DNA of 61,638 bases, counting the filler, from Chiloscyllium plagiosum (taxonomy: Eukaryota), in assembly GCF_004010195.1 (NCBI RefSeq). It is 4 parts of one record of this genome, joined end to end, with 100 filler letters (N's around TTAATTAATTAA, not from the genome) between each part and the next. Parts side by side here need not be neighbours in the genome. Positions count along the whole stretch, not along the records: positions 1 to 20,183 come from NC_057710.1; 3 more parts are not named here. One strand, written 5' to 3'. The position numbers were made by a program, and so were the translations under genes. Under the pieces are notes generated by a model, which was not told the origin of the DNA, ran no database searches, and saw nothing but the letters and a program-made list of their open reading frames with translations. The number at the start of each line of letters is the position of its first letter. The stretch's first letter is position 1. Shown piece after piece: positions 1 through 13,425 of this stretch.

Positions 1-709
1 GAGACTTTGGAGTGCAGGTTCATAGCTCCTTGAAAGTGGAGTTGTAGGTAGATAGGATAGTGAAGAAGGCGTTTGGTATGCTTTCTTTTATTGGTCAGAG
101 TATTGAGTACAGGAGTAGGGAGGTCATGTTGCAGCTGTACAGGAGATTGGTTAGGCCACTGTTGGAATATTCGTGCAATTCTGGTCTCCTTCCTATCGGA
201 AAGATGTTGTGAAACTTGAAAGGCTTCAGAAAAGATTTACAAGGATATTGCCAATGTTGGAGGATCTGAGCTACAGGGAGAGGCTGAACAGGCTGGGGCT
301 GTTTTCCCTGGAACGTCGAAGGCTGAGGGGTGACCTTATAGAGGTTTATAAAATTATGAGGGGTGCGGATAGGATAAATGGACAAAATCGTTTCCTTGAG
401 GACGGGGAGTCCAGAACTTGAGGGCATAGGTTTAGGGTGAGAGGGGAAAGATATAAAAGAGACCTAAGGGGCAACGTTTTCATGCAGAGGGTGGTACGTG
501 TATGGAATGAGCTGCCAGAGGATGTGGTGGAGGCTGGTACAATTGCAACATTTAAGAGGCATTTGGATGGGTATATGAATATGAAGGGTTCGGAGGGATA
601 TGGGCCGGGTGCTGGCAGGTGGGACTAGATTGGGTTGAGATATCTGGTCTGCATGGACGGGTTGGACCGAAGGGTCTGTTTCCATGCTGCACATCTCTAT
701 GACTCTATG
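1..709 (+). mobile_element. CR1 LINE 3' fragment (RT C-terminus and 3' UTR)
   Basis: ORFs 173-421 and 437-628 give QFWSP..LERLQKRFTR..LFSLERRRLRGDLIEVYKIM and F.QRVVRVWNELP..FKRHLD, the CR1 ORF2 C-terminus. It ends in a tandem ctctatga tail at about 694-709. Confidence 0.93.
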
Positions 710-3700
710 GCAACATCAGCACCATTGGTCATAAGGAAATCTTAAGCTACATTGAACAAAAGATGATTTGAGTGACACTTGAAACATTGCAATTCTGAAA
801 TTGTTCCTAACCTTCAAGTCCTGGGCATGTAATTTGACAACATAATCTGCCCTGAAGTTTCAAAGCAAACTTGTTGATTTATTTCTCGTGTTGATCAAGT
901 TGGGGATCATTGAAACAAGTTAATGGAACATTTTTCTATTTGTGGCAGGTGACCTCGATTTCAACAGGGAGCTGGGCTTCATTTGTTGATTTAAAAGTTA
1001 ACATTTCACCAGCTAGCTCAAAAATTAAAGATTAGGTTAATTTTAACTTTTGGACTAGGTTTACATTGTGTCAGACATGTCCTTGCCAAAAAGGGAGATA
1101 AAGAAGCATTGGGCTATTGTTGGGCTGTGAATATTGGGTGGCCTGTGGCCTGATATCTTGCATTCAGCTGAGGCTGGGCGTTTCAAGAAGGACATGCAGA
1201 TTGGAAACAAGGAGTAAGAATGGGTAATTGGAAGGAATGAGAACAATACTACTCCTTCTGGTTGCATATGGACAAATTTGAGAATTACCTTTTTTCCTCT
1301 CTGCTTCCTCTTCAACAAATTATAATGAGCTTAATGTCTGTGATGAGTGCACTATATATTCTGCACTCAAAACACCTTCAGGCCTCCTCTGCCATAATAC
1401 AATCTAATTTGGCAGACTCCTGATTCAGGCAAGTATCTCCTTTAAAGCGAATGAAAATCAAAGGAAATAGAGAAAGGGTGCTTGAGCCCAGATCAATTGT
1501 CATACATTATTGCTCCAAGTTCAGATTATCCCCCATGATTTAAATCTAATGAGTTATGGCCTTGGTCTGATGGATATTAGCAATACTTTCTCAGGATGCA
1601 TCTTGCTTCCTGCAGTATACAACAAATACCTTCGTGTAAGATAACAAATTAACAGCTCTTTCTCTGTTTGGGAAATATTTCTGTGGCTTGTGTTTTGATT
1701 TATGTAAATTGAACATATAATAGTGACATGTCTCAGCATTAAATGGATGCTTCTCCTTGTATATATAGACTATTATCAGACTATTAATACATAATCTTGT
1801 AGCCTTCTAACACATGAAATAATTTAGCTTAATTAATTTTGGCCAAGCAAATCATTAGATCAAAGAAACTCATCTATATTGACAAGTGATTAAATCAGGT
1901 AGTAGTCTGAAAGACTCAATAATTCTTAGTGTGCAGTGCACAGACTTTAAGAACTAATTAATGATAATCCCCGCACACAATTTAGGCATATATTACTTTG
2001 AGATATTCATTTTAATTACTAATCTGAATGATTTAAATATGATTTTACCTCTTGGGGTGATTAAAATTGAGTATCTCTTTCTTTCACTTTATAGTCACAA
2101 GTGTAGATTACTTTTAAAATTAATCACAGGTGTAAAGGTTATTTTATACTTTATCCATTATAAGTGCTCTGTATGGGATGCTTTGTCCTTGACCTGGCCA
2201 GCAAAGTAGATATTTTGATTTGCAATCCTGTTGCAACTGAGGTTCACCAGTTTCAAGAATAATTTTTTGTGAATTATTGGACACGTGAGCCATTAAACTA
2301 AACTCAACTTCATTCTTGTCACAGAGTAATGTACTACTTTAACCGATAAAATCTCTTTTTTTAATGTAGTTTGTGAGTGACTTGAACAATTCCTACTTTT
2401 ACTATTTTAAAAGCTGCAGAGAATTGAACTTCGGAAAACAAGGCTACTTCCTAAAAAATAACCTTTGCAAATATAAATACATTTTGGAAACCTGCTATAA
2501 ATTGTGAAAACATCCAAGAAGTGAAATTCATTGACACTCCAGTGAGAATTACAATACCTAATTCATCTATTTTTGTTTTATTTACCAGCCAATATAACAG
2601 CTCAGATTTTGGGTTAAAGATGACTGCTAGACTGATAGCAACTAGTAACAGCTCTGGAGTCTCAGAAAATTAACAGTTAATAGCTTACACATTGTTGTGA
2701 GAAAAAAACAGCAGAAGAATCAAAGGAACATTAAATTACTTGAGCTTTTAAATTTTATTTGAGTACTTTTATTTATTACATATCAAAATAATGGAAATGA
2801 AAAAAGTGATGTTTGACTGGAGATGACAAGTCATGTGACAAACCCTCTGGGCTTCCATCCAGAGTTGCAAGCCCTAACTTGGACTTGATCCATTATCCAA
2901 ATTAGCCATTATAGGGTAAGACCATTTAGCATTATAAAGTGGATTTATTTGCATTAAGAAAGCATATTCTTTAGAAGTCAAATCCATAATTCTTATTCAT
3001 GCTTATTAGTTGAAACTGCTTTTTAGCCTTTCATTTGACCATAAGCCTGAGTAAAGATCCTGCCATACATAGGCAATATGTTCATTCTAATATGATTTGA
3101 CAGCTATATGTACCAGATGATAAAAGCAATGCAAAGCTACCTGAAGACTTGATTTTCTGACCGACTCCTGTAATTGGTAACAATGCAAGCAGCTGATTGA
3201 GGTGCCAGATGACCTGATTATGGCCGAAATAAAATAAGCCTCAAAATTGTAAATATAAGAATAAACTACATTAAACTGCCAGCATAATTAAGGTGTGTTA
3301 AGTCTGAAATTGAGTCATGCAATGATAATAAGTAATTATGAGCAGTTTTCTGGTATAGCAACAATCTGGGATATTTGTGGATGGTGTAAGTGATGGGAAC
3401 TCAACAGATCTTGCTAGAACATGAAAAGCTATTTGTGGCATGCCAATCTACTTTTAATTTAAATCAGAACAAGCAGACAACACAAAAAGAGGTCACTGGA
3501 CACATTAGGGAAATCCTACTTCTTAGCTAACACATTCCAAAATGATCCCCGTTGCTGTACCTTCTCCCAGCAGTCTTGTGTCACTCTCTGGCTTAAATAT
3601 CTATCTACTTTTCTCTTAAATAGACACACTGCTCTTTATTTAGTTTATTCCATGCTGTGAATTATTCCTAGGCTTCAATAACTCCCATGCAAAGATACCT

Positions 3701-4106
3701 TTCTTCTCAAAATCCTTTATTCATGTCATCATCATTTTAAATTTGTTATTTTATTATTAACTCCACAATTAAAAAAAAAACAGAGGAGGGTACTAATTGA
3801 GAGGGTGAAGGATAGGGTGATTGTCAAACATTTCCCCATATTCCCTACTGTCCCTCCCCAATCCCAGCCACCATCACACAACATCAATTTGAGCTATTTC
3901 AATTCCCAATCTATGTACATATCCCACACATCAGCTGCCATCTGAAAAGACCCGCAAAATGCTATAGCTGGCAGGTAGCTAGAAAAAAAGACAAGACTCA
4001 CTGACTCAAAGTAAAAGGTATGGTCTAACTCCAGCGGTAATATTTTTAATTTAAGAAGTTCGTAACGACATGTGATCTGTATTCTCTTGCACTTTTTATT
4101 AAAGGT

Positions 4107-4295
4107 AAAGTAATCATAGTCCCAGAGGCCCGCTCTCTCATTAGAGAAAGCAACTGGTGGTAAGTTTAACCTGAGGGGGACTATGCCTCAGACTAGGGGT
4201 GAGGTTGTGAAGATAGGTCCTTCATGATGACCTCAGCTGGTACAGGAATTGAACCTGCACTGTTGGTGTCACTGTATTGGAAACCAGACATTCAG
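4107..4295 (-). mobile_element. tRNA-derived SINE, copy 1 (family shared with 19710-19935)
   Basis: Colinear similarity to 19710-19935 (catagtcccagagg, ctctcattagaga, ctgagggg/tc, ggaattgaacc). The reverse complement contains the B-box GGTTCAATTCC. Confidence 0.7.
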
Positions 4296-4559
4296 GGAAA
4301 TAACCTCCTTCATGTTGAATTGTCTGCTTTTCCTAATCAATGTTTATCAGTTGCTGTGCTACTGGTAAATAAAAATGTAACTCTTTATGTGATTTATTTC
4401 CATCAGTAATTATCATAAACTTCCTTTAGACATGTCTTTGTATGAATCCAAACAGTCAAGAGTTAATTCAGTCCATTTATTCTAGTTAATACATCCCATT
4501 CAGGAGGAAGAATTCTAAGACAGGGATAACTAATGAAGGCTAACCAAGGTAGTTAATGA

Positions 4560-5120
4560 ACATATTAAATAGACAGAAAAAATATACAAGGAAGCAAAAG
4601 TTGGCGATAACCCTGAAGATGAGTTCAGAATCCAGTAAAGGAGGATGAAGAAAGTAAAAGAGAGAGAATAAACCACGATTGCAAACTAGTGAGAAATATA
4701 AAAACTGACAATACGAAATCCTTAAGTATATAAAAAGGAAGAGACAGGTCAAAGTGAATATAAAATTTGAGACTGTTCCTCTTTGAGAAATAAAGACTAA
4801 GGAATCTGAGAGAAGTTTTGAAAATCATGAAGGATTGGGACAAATTGTTAAGGGGAAACTGATCTTGCTCATTAAAGGATTGATACCGAGAGGGCACAGT
4901 TTAAATGGATTTGCCAAGGAAGCAAATGCAAGTTGAGAAAAGACTTTTGCATTCAATGAGTAGTTAGGATTTGGAATGCACTGCTTGGAGGTGAGATGGA
5001 GTCAGGTTCAACTGAAGCATTCATGACAGCATTGGATGAATATTGAAACAGAACCCGTGTGCAGGGTTATGGGAAAAAGACAGGAAGTTGGAACTAAATC
5101 AAAATGCTCAGGGAGCCAGA
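4560..5120 (+). mobile_element. Degenerate CR1 LINE fragment
   Basis: Decayed CR1 ORF2 motifs (aaactagtgagaaatataaaaac, gagggcacagtttaaa, ggatttggaatgcactgc, cagggttatgggaaaaagacagga). Confidence 0.75.
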
Positions 5121-5145
5121 ACAGTTCTGAGAAACTGAAGAGAAC

Positions 5146-5250
5146 TATTCTGAAGAAAGGCCATTGGACCTGAAGCTTTGAATCTGTTTTCTGTCGACAG
5201 TTGCTGCCAGATCTGCTGAGTTTCTCCTGTTATTACTCTTTGTGTTTACC
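5146..5250 (+). mobile_element. Old PLE terminal-repeat fragment with degenerate hammerhead motif
   Basis: ttctgaagaaaggccattggacctgaagc followed by gctgccagatctgctgagtttctcc; same family as 26341-26475. Confidence 0.65.
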
Positions 5251-5319
5251 ATCATTCCATTCTTGCTGCATTCACCCAAATTTTTCACCTTCACCCATGC
5301 TGCTCAAGGACTGGGAAAA

Positions 5320-5545
5320 TTCCACTGTCTGCCTACTTGATCAAATGAATGCATGAAATTCCACAGCAATCAATGAAGAAGAGCAGGCTATTTTCCCAGT
5401 GTCCTAACTGAAATTCAAGCCTCATTCAATATCACCAAAGATCTGATTTCTGGTCATTGCTCTCATTTGCTGATTGTGTGGCCTTGCCGTCTGCGAACTA
5501 CTAGCTGTGGGTCCCCACAAAACAATAGTGACTACATTTCAAATG
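5320..5545 (+). mobile_element. Deu-domain SINE (AmnSINE1/SacSINE1-like) remnant
   Basis: gaagaagagcagg..cccagtgtcct..atcacc..tctggtcattg..atttgctg..tgtg..aatagtgactacatttcaaa resembles the DeuSINE central domain as I recall it. Confidence 0.65.
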
Positions 5546-7839
5546 CAAGCTATCCCATTATTTTGGTCTCACTTATTTCCTCATTTCTTATTTCAGTTGA
5601 AGCTTCTCTCATGCAGCCCTTATAACTGCTTTACACAGGAATTCCCTGGTAAAGTTACAAAGGACAAGTGGGTAAATTCCTTCAGAATCGCACTCCCTAT
5701 ATAATTACTATGGCATATTTACATTTGAGGTCAAGCCTGTTCTACAATACCCTTAAAGGAGAGATTAGAGAGATGTGCTAAAATGCTGGCGTAAATCAGT
5801 TATGAACTGACTCCTCCTGATGGACTAGATACCAAACTCATACGAAGAAGGTCAGCAAGGTACAAGGTCAACCTTTGACTTATGTAGCTGAAACATAAGG
5901 AAACGATACAACTCTGGACCTCACTAAGCTGGATTAATGGGGAAGTCATAGATAATGTAGCACATGCAACTGACTCACTGAAACACAAGAGAAATTTAAA
6001 GGAGTTACTATCTTCTTGCAATCATAAACTTTCTTGAAGCTAAATTGGATCTAATACTTAGTAAACTGATACCAGGGCTCCCAAGATATTATATTGAGGT
6101 ACATGCCTTGTGTGAAAGGCTGTGTAATCAGTCTTTGTTTTATGATATATTTTGAATGAAATGTGAGCACATTTACAAGCATTTCCTCTTTTAAGATCAT
6201 GTCAGATCATTAGGAGAACTCAATGCTGACTATTAACCTAAAGAAAATTGTGGAAACATCTACTTAAATTTTTCTTCACCCCCAACTCTCCTTAAAATCT
6301 TTCTGCATTTTTTCTACTCATCCTGTCAAAATGTCATCCCCACCTCCAGGTTAATAATAATTGGCCAGTCCCTTATGTCTCACAGAGAGTCCTGTAGGGA
6401 TGGTCCAAATCCTATGCAGTTGTTTTGTGAAAGAACAGTGCTTTAAAATCTCATATTTGCATATCTTTTGTTACAAGCATGCTGAAACCCTGAGATCTCA
6501 GCTGTTTATTTGAAAAGGACATTTTTAATGGCCTGAAATAGTTCTGAGCATTGTTGCAAACAACAAAATGTATTTTAGAGATTTCAAAACAGCATGCCAC
6601 AGGAATAAAAAAAGATATGTCATTGTGCCGGTTTTAGTAAAACATGGTTTATGGATTGAACTATGAAGATTTCTCAAAAAAAGTCACTGCCTAAATTTAA
6701 AGTGAGCTGCTTAATGCCTTGATGTTTATTCAAGTGTTGAAGAGAACTGGCAGATGTCAGAGTAAATGGGGGTCTGTCAATTGCTAAATTACTGCCTTTC
6801 ACAGGGTGATTTTCATGGTCTGTCAGGTGGGATTTGTATGCACATCACGCAGATTGCTGAACAAAAAAGGGGGAAACAGCAAACCCAGCACAAAAACTTT
6901 ATAGTCACAGATGTTGTTGCTTCAATTGCAGTTTACTTAGCTTTCTTGAAAATGTACTGTTGTGGTTTTATTTTAAACTCATGCTAACAGATTGACTAAG
7001 TGTTAATCACAAAGGATAGCACTGCACAAGATGGACATCATCCATTAGTTAAATTAGGGCCAATGTTGATGGGGGAGAAACTGTGGAGAGTATTGTTTCT
7101 AAATATCTCTCAATAATAGTGTCTTTGTACTTACACTTCTTCTCCATTTAGTTTCAGTACTGTACTATTCATGAGCTACTTTACTGTTTTGGGATACTCT
7201 GTAGGGTTCTGGAACTCAATTTTTGTACTCATGTTCTACATCTACCATTGGTCTTTGTGCACATGCTTTTGGACTCTGTGGTGAAAATTCTTGAAGCAAG
7301 TCCTGTGTGCCTGCAGTCATTTGCACTCGTATGTTGTAATGGCACCAAGAGACATTAATTAAAATAATAAATTATTTTAAAGTACTGCCTATAGATTGCA
7401 CCAAATGTAAAAATTCCTAATTATCATCTGCATTGTTTATAAGTTACATTATACATAGCAATTATTATTGAACTGAACTGAAATGAAAATGCAAATTTAT
7501 CTGTTCATGAAAGATAAAACTGATCTTTCTTGGTGGGAAACCAAGCAGAGTAAGTAAAGCAGGAGCTAATCAACAGGGAGAAGCAGGTAGATTTGTTGGA
7601 AGAGAAACATGTTTTGCAGAATTGTGGCCCAGAACTTGTGACAAAGTCCTGCTGCATTAGAGGCCAACTGCAATATGTTGTTTTGATTCAGTGGAGAAGG
7701 CATTTTATTACCATCACAAGACCTTTGCCTGGAGTTACTTTGGTCCAAGCTTTTCTGGATTTCTAGCTTTGAATATGATGACTGTTCTCCAGTTCTGAAG
7801 AATTTTCAGATTTCCAGCATCCGCAGTATTCTTTCTTTA

Positions 7840-8400
7840 TTACTGGATTTCTCATTGGCTTTATGTAGATGGTGGACATGGTCATTTTCATTTATATATC
7901 ATCAATTATGCAACTGTACTTTCAAATCCTCTATAAATCTCTTTTATTGCTGGAATTTTTTTTTGCTGGAATACATCCTGACTTACATTAAGGCTAAAAC
8001 GTAGCTGCACAAATTTTTAAAGTGCAACATGGTAATGTATGTTATCAACAACAAAGTTTCACATTTCAGTAGCTATTTCTGGTATTAAGTTTGCTAAAAT
8101 ATTTGCTCTCACCAGTGCTGATGTGATCTCTTGCAATGTTGGAAAAGGGTGGTGATTCTTCTTTCTTACTTGATGAAGATCTTTACTCATGATATTCATA
8201 TAGCTTTCTTCTCACTACAATGGAAATGATCCAATCTGTAGGCTCTGTGATTCTGGCAATAGCTTTGTTTTCTCCTATATTTTGATACCAACTTTCAAGC
8301 CTTCCATTTAGTTTTATTGATATGTTGCAGGGGAATGAATCACTGATTTCTTCTCTGGGTCAATAGCGATGTGATTTGTCAAATCTTCAAAGCATGTAAC
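7840..8400 (-). mobile_element. Decayed Gypsy/Mag-type LTR retrotransposon reverse transcriptase
   Basis: Manual minus-strand translation gives IARITEPTDW (8231-8260), DLHQVRKKNHHPFPTLQEITSAL, YFSKL, LRFSLNVSQDVFQQK and IDDI (7895-7906), with frameshifts and stops. Confidence 0.8.
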
Positions 8401-8889
8401 CGTCTCTTCAGATTTCCTTGCTTCTGATCAGAAGGCCCATTTCACTGGATGCCCTTCAAATCCTCTGTAAGGGTGCCTTCATTTCATGCATTATTGGAAT
8501 CATTTGCATCCCTAGCAATTGCTCAACATCCAGATAAGACAATAATTGGTTTCAATGATGGACAACATGTCTATTCCCTTTCATGGTCCTTCTGATTTAG
8601 CTTGTTCCTAACTGTTGATTCTCAGCTCCATTCCCTTGAACCCATGTGTTGGCTTTATTTCCAATTTTGTCACAAAATTGTCAATAAGCTCACCCTATTC
8701 CTGGCTGAGGCCAGACATTCATTTTGGTAGATCCAATGATTTGACTTTGTGTGGAGATGTGTGATGAACTTTTCTAAAATGCTGTCTGGATTTTTACTGT
8801 CATCCCAACTGCTTCATTGCTTTTAAGAAATTATTTATTTTCCTTGTAGAATGGTTTCAAATAAAATTTATCACTTTCCAATCTCTCCC

Positions 8890-9392
8890 CAGAGTGTGAT
8901 CCCTGGGATGAAGGGCTTGTTGTACGAGGAATAGTTGAGGATTCTGTCTCTGTACTCAATGAAGTTTAAAGGATAATTGCGTGTGTGTGTGTGTGTGTGT
9001 GGGGGGGGGGGGGGTTGGTGGTAGGTGGGACTCTCATTGAAACTTATAGAGTGGATGTGGAAAAAGTGTTTCTACTAGTAGGAGAGACGAGGACCTGAGG
9101 GCACAGTCTCAGAGTGAAGGGATGACCCTTTAGAACTGAGAAGAGGAGGAATTTCTTCAGCCAGAGGATGATTAATCTAAGGTACTTATTGCAGTAGAGG
9201 ATTGTAGAGGCCAACTCTTTGAGAGTATTTAAGACAGAGATAGATAAGTTCTTGATTGATAGGGGGATCAAGGGTTATGGCAAGAAGACAGGAGAATGGG
9301 CTTGAGAAACATATCAGTCGTGATTGAATGGCAGAGCAGACTCGATGGCTGAATGGCCTAATTGTGTTCCTATATCTATGGTCTTAAGGTCT
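8890..9392 (+). mobile_element. CR1 3' fragment containing a (GT)10-G14 simple repeat
   Basis: CR1 3' motifs (gagggcacagtctcagagtgaaggg, ttcttcagccagagg, atggctgaatggcctaatt, ctatggtctt tail). (GT)n at 8981-9000, poly-G at 9001-9014. Confidence 0.85.
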
Positions 9393-9561
9393 TGAGGATG
9401 AAATATTCAGGTACAGTCCCTTGACACCCAGAAAACGTGGTGAGTCTTTGATTTTCAGGCTACTCTTTGTTAAGCAAGTCCGCTGGTATCATCAATGTCA
9501 TTGTTGAACATTTCTCTTCCTTATAGGCTCTGTAGTTTCCTCAAATCACATCAGCAAAGAT

Positions 9562-9701
9562 CAAGTTGAAAATGACACAACACAAAGTTATAGTCCAACA
9601 GGTTTATTTGAAAGCACTAGCTTTCGGAGCGCTGCTCCATCATCAGGTAGTTTTTAACTTTGTACATCCTAGTCCAACACCGGCATCTCCAAATCATGAC
9701 T
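9562..9701. mobile_element. Short inverted PLE insertion with minus-strand hammerhead; 12-bp TSD
   Basis: TSD atcagcaaagat at 9550-9561 and 9702-9713. The minus strand reads CTGATGA-T-GGAGC-agc-GCTCC-GAAAGCTA. Same family as 50398-50605. Confidence 0.85.
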
Positions 9702-10479
9702 ATCAGCAAAGATAGTTAAGCTTGGAAAAGGATTAATTTTTATGGCTCAAGTTGTGGACTAGTGCATTGAAAATCAAGCTCCACTATTGTCACAAATGTG
9801 AAAATTTGATTAAACCATCAAACTGTCCAGTTCTACTTGTCTAATCTTGGATACAAGACTACAAACTGCAGGTCTTTCCATGAACAGGAAAATAACTATT
9901 TGTGGTAATCAAACTATTTTTAACAAATGGCAAACAAAAACATGAATTACTAATGTATATCTCTATACCTTAACCCTTTTCCTAAAATTCCCATACACAT
10001 AAAAACTGTATTGTAAACACGAAAGGCTGTACCCACCTGCCCAGGAACCAATGAAGTACTTGTTACTAGGCTGAGTCCTTCTGAACCCACAACAATTGGT
10101 GCTGATTGAAAAGCCAGTCAATAGACTGTGTCTAGGCAAAATTGCACTGAACATACACAGGCAGTGCCAATTTTGTCTGGAATCCTCGAATAAGGTAATA
10201 TCATACATACAACTCTCAATGTGTTCAGTAATTTGTTTTTAAACCTGTAAGCATTTCCTTACATGGTTACCTTAGTTTAAAGCAGTAGCTTTTCTCCTTT
10301 TTATACCATAGTCCAAAAACGTAACTGTTATGTAATCTTTTCCTTTTTATACTTTAGTGAGATATGATTGCACATGATCCATTCATTCTTGCTTGTATTT
10401 TTTGGATAATATTGTGATTTTACTAGGTTCAATCATAGACAATAGACTGACTGGGCAGGTTTGGTATTCTTCTGCTAAG

Positions 10480-11950
10480 CAGGTGAATTGGTTTTATCAA
10501 CAGTCTACCGGTAACTCCTAGGGAAATCCTAGGATTTTGATGATGTTTCTGCAATAGAAAATATTTGGTTAATTCCTCCAAAACTGTGTAATTAGAAGTA
10601 TCTTTTGATCCATCTATGGTGAAGAGTGTTCATTCACCAACATAATTAATGTTGACTGCTGTATTTTGTTTTGGTTTACTGAACAGTCTTCCGAGATCTA
10701 TGATGCCTTTCTCTTGTTCAGTAGAGTTATGCTGATCACTAGCAATTGACTTTTGAGCTGGTTGATGTTATTCATCTTACTAAAGGATTTAAAAAACAAA
10801 GCATGCTTTATTGCTCAGAAGTGAGAAATGTTCCAGATGGTGTACACCTGTTCCAGAGTGTTTGCCTATTTTAAGAATATTCCTTTGATCTTGAAAAGTG
10901 AACTTCTTGTGCCATGCAGTGCTCTCTTGTACAATTGCAGTGTCATTCTCTTCAACTAAGAAACTTGTTTTCAAACATAATACTGACATTTGCTGCAGTA
11001 CTTAGTTTGAAACTAATTGAATGATAGTTAAATTGTGTCATCTTTGTCCCAACTGGTTCAGATGCAACACATATTAACCTTAAGAAAGATTGATGTGTTT
11101 TTTCAAAGGTCACGTATTATCATATCTCAATATGTGTTCTAATAAAGATAATTTTTGGTAATCTGGGTTTTATTCAACTGCATATTGTAAGGTGTTAACC
11201 TTTTTGTGCATATTAACTTTAATAATTTTGAAAAGCGATTCAAAGTTTATTTTGATTTTTGATATTTTCTCTGGAAGTGTCTCATTTTCTTACGCATTGC
11301 ATTGGTGTGATCAAGCTGGACAGTAGTTCTGTTTATGTGGGTTTCCCACCCCACATTTGAAACAGAGGCTGAAACAGTAACTTCTAGCCTCAATGTAAAA
11401 CCATTGTGTATTTGTCCATTATGTGATGTTTTGTTCTTTTTGCACTTTAGAAAGTTGAGAAAGTTTGATGAGCTTCTTGAACTAGGTTAGCCTTCTGTTT
11501 CTATCATTCTCTAGCACTGTTTTTAGATTTTAGCTTTTGGCACTATCTCCAAGCTCTTTCCAATGTGAGATCTCTTTTGATTGTAACACATGAAAAAGAC
11601 CTGTATCAGTAATTTTGACAACAACTTTATCTCAAATGAGTTGTGGTTGTAAATCACAATATTTAGAAATATAGAAAGATTATTAATAAAGTTACAATAG
11701 GAAGCCGTGTTCTGTGAATTTGGCTTTCTATGTTATATGATTGGCAGTTGATAGAAAATAATAACATATTCTTACATATTATCAAAGATATCCATCTCTT
11801 ATCTTACCTCCTTTCTTGTTAATATATGATCTGAAAGCAGACCTACACAGTAAAGAACTTTATTGACTTGTTCTTCTCTAGGTTTCTTATGTATACTTGA
11901 AGCAATTCTATTTGCACAATTTGTCTCTTCCATATAATCTAGTTCTATTC
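10480..11950 (-). mobile_element. Decayed Gypsy/Mag-type gag-protease region
   Basis: Minus-strand translation gives RIASSIHKKPREEQVNKVLYCVG (about 11841-11909), LI*DKVVVKITD..LQSK..LTLERA, a CPA..C..RHF zinc-knuckle remnant (about 11270-11322) and LLSNKAC. These resemble K02A2.6/Mag-like gag-pol. Confidence 0.7.
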
Positions 11951-12493
11951 CCTGATTGAAGGATTTGTGATTTTAAATCTGCTTGATTATAATATCTTTT
12001 CCCATGGTCATCAAGTGTATTTTAAATGATTAGCTTAAAAGCTGTTTCATGATCATTTATTTTGGTTTGTAGATGTCGCAGATTTTCTTTTTAACTTTTT
12101 AATATTGTACAATCACTGCAATTAAATTTTAGCTTCTGAGTCTAGAATTTTCCTTTTAAATGAAAACTTTTTCACCCTTCCTCTAAGGGTCAATCACGTA
12201 TCACGTGTCCAGTATTTGACGGCTATATGGTGAAATTTTGACTTGGATTTTCCCCTTTGCAGTTTCAGTCAGAATGCTTGGTCTTGGTCAGCTTTTTCAA
12301 TATTTTTCAATGATTCTGGTTGGTATGAACCTTACCAGGCAGCCTCAGTGCTGCTATGGCTGCTGCAGACTGTTTTAAACTCCTGGTTGCTGACAGTGTC
12401 TGTATGTTCATCAGTGGCTGAATACTTAAAGATGGACTCGGCTTGATTTTTTTCCATCTTTCTTCTCCTTAGATGGCTGTTGTTTTGTGAACT

Positions 12494-13022
12494 AGGTAAA
12501 AACAATGACTGCAGATGCTGGAAACCAGATTCTGAATTAGTGTGTTGGAAGAGCACAGCAGTTCAAGCAGCATCCGAGGAGCAGTAAAATCGACGTTTCG
12601 GGCAAAAGCCCTTCATCAGGAATACAGGCAGAGAGCCTGAAGGGTGGAGAGATAAGTGAGCGGAGGAGACCGCATTGGGAGCAATGGATACAATAAATGA
12701 TATTGGTGGATGTGCAGGTAAAATTTTATTGGATGTGGAAGGCTCCTTTAGGGCCTTGGATGGAGGTGAGGGAGGACGTGTGGGCGCAGGTTTTGCAATT
12801 CCTCCCCCCCGACCTACCCGACCTACCACCTTCATCCCCTCCCCCACTCACCTATTGTACTCTATGCTACTTTCTCCCCACCCCACCCTTCTCTCTTTTA
12901 ACTCTCCACCCTTCAGGCTCTCTGTCTGTATTCTTGATGAAGGGCTTTTGCCCGAAACGTCGATTTTACTGCTCCTTGGATGCTGCCTGACCTGCTGTGC
13001 TCTTCCAGCACCAGTAATCCAG
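12494..13022. mobile_element. Penelope-like element fragment: inverted terminal repeats around a GIY-YIG endonuclease piece; two HHR motifs
   Basis: 12661-12803 minus = RNCKTCAHTSSLTSIQGPKGAFHIQ*NFTCTSTNIIYCIHCSQCGLL. HHR on minus at 12590-12624; HHR on plus at 12930-12965 with core TTGATGA. TSD tgttgttttgt at 12478-12488 and 13025-13035. Confidence 0.9.
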
Positions 13023-13139
13023 CATGTTGTTTTGTCAAGCTAAACAGTTTTCACGATATTACTGCTACTAGCATATTTTATAAGGCCGTCATGTCCATGG
13101 TTACTACAATTCTGTAAATGTGGGTTGTTAAAGTTTCTG

Positions 13140-13425
13140 TTCATGGGATGGGGGTGTTGCAGGCCAGACTTTATTGGCCAGAGGGCAGTTAAGAGTCAAC
13201 CACATTGCTGTGGGTCAGACCAGGTAAGGATAGCAGTTTTCTTCTGTAAAGGACATCAGTGAACCAGATGGGTTTTTCTGACAATCATGGTCACCACTAA
13301 CCCCTTAATTCCACTTTTGTTTTATTGAATTCAAATTCCTCCATCTGCTGTGGCAGGATTAAAACCACAATCCCTAGAACATGACCTGGGTCTCAGTGAC
13401 AATATTGCTAGTCTATCACTTCCCC
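13140..13425 (-). mobile_element. SINE-like repeat (family shared with 42215-42560 and 57085-57648)
   Basis: gagggcagttaagagtcaaccacattgctgtggg, gtgaaccagatgggttttt and ttgaattcaaattcctccatctgc recur in reverse orientation at the other copies. Confidence 0.75.
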
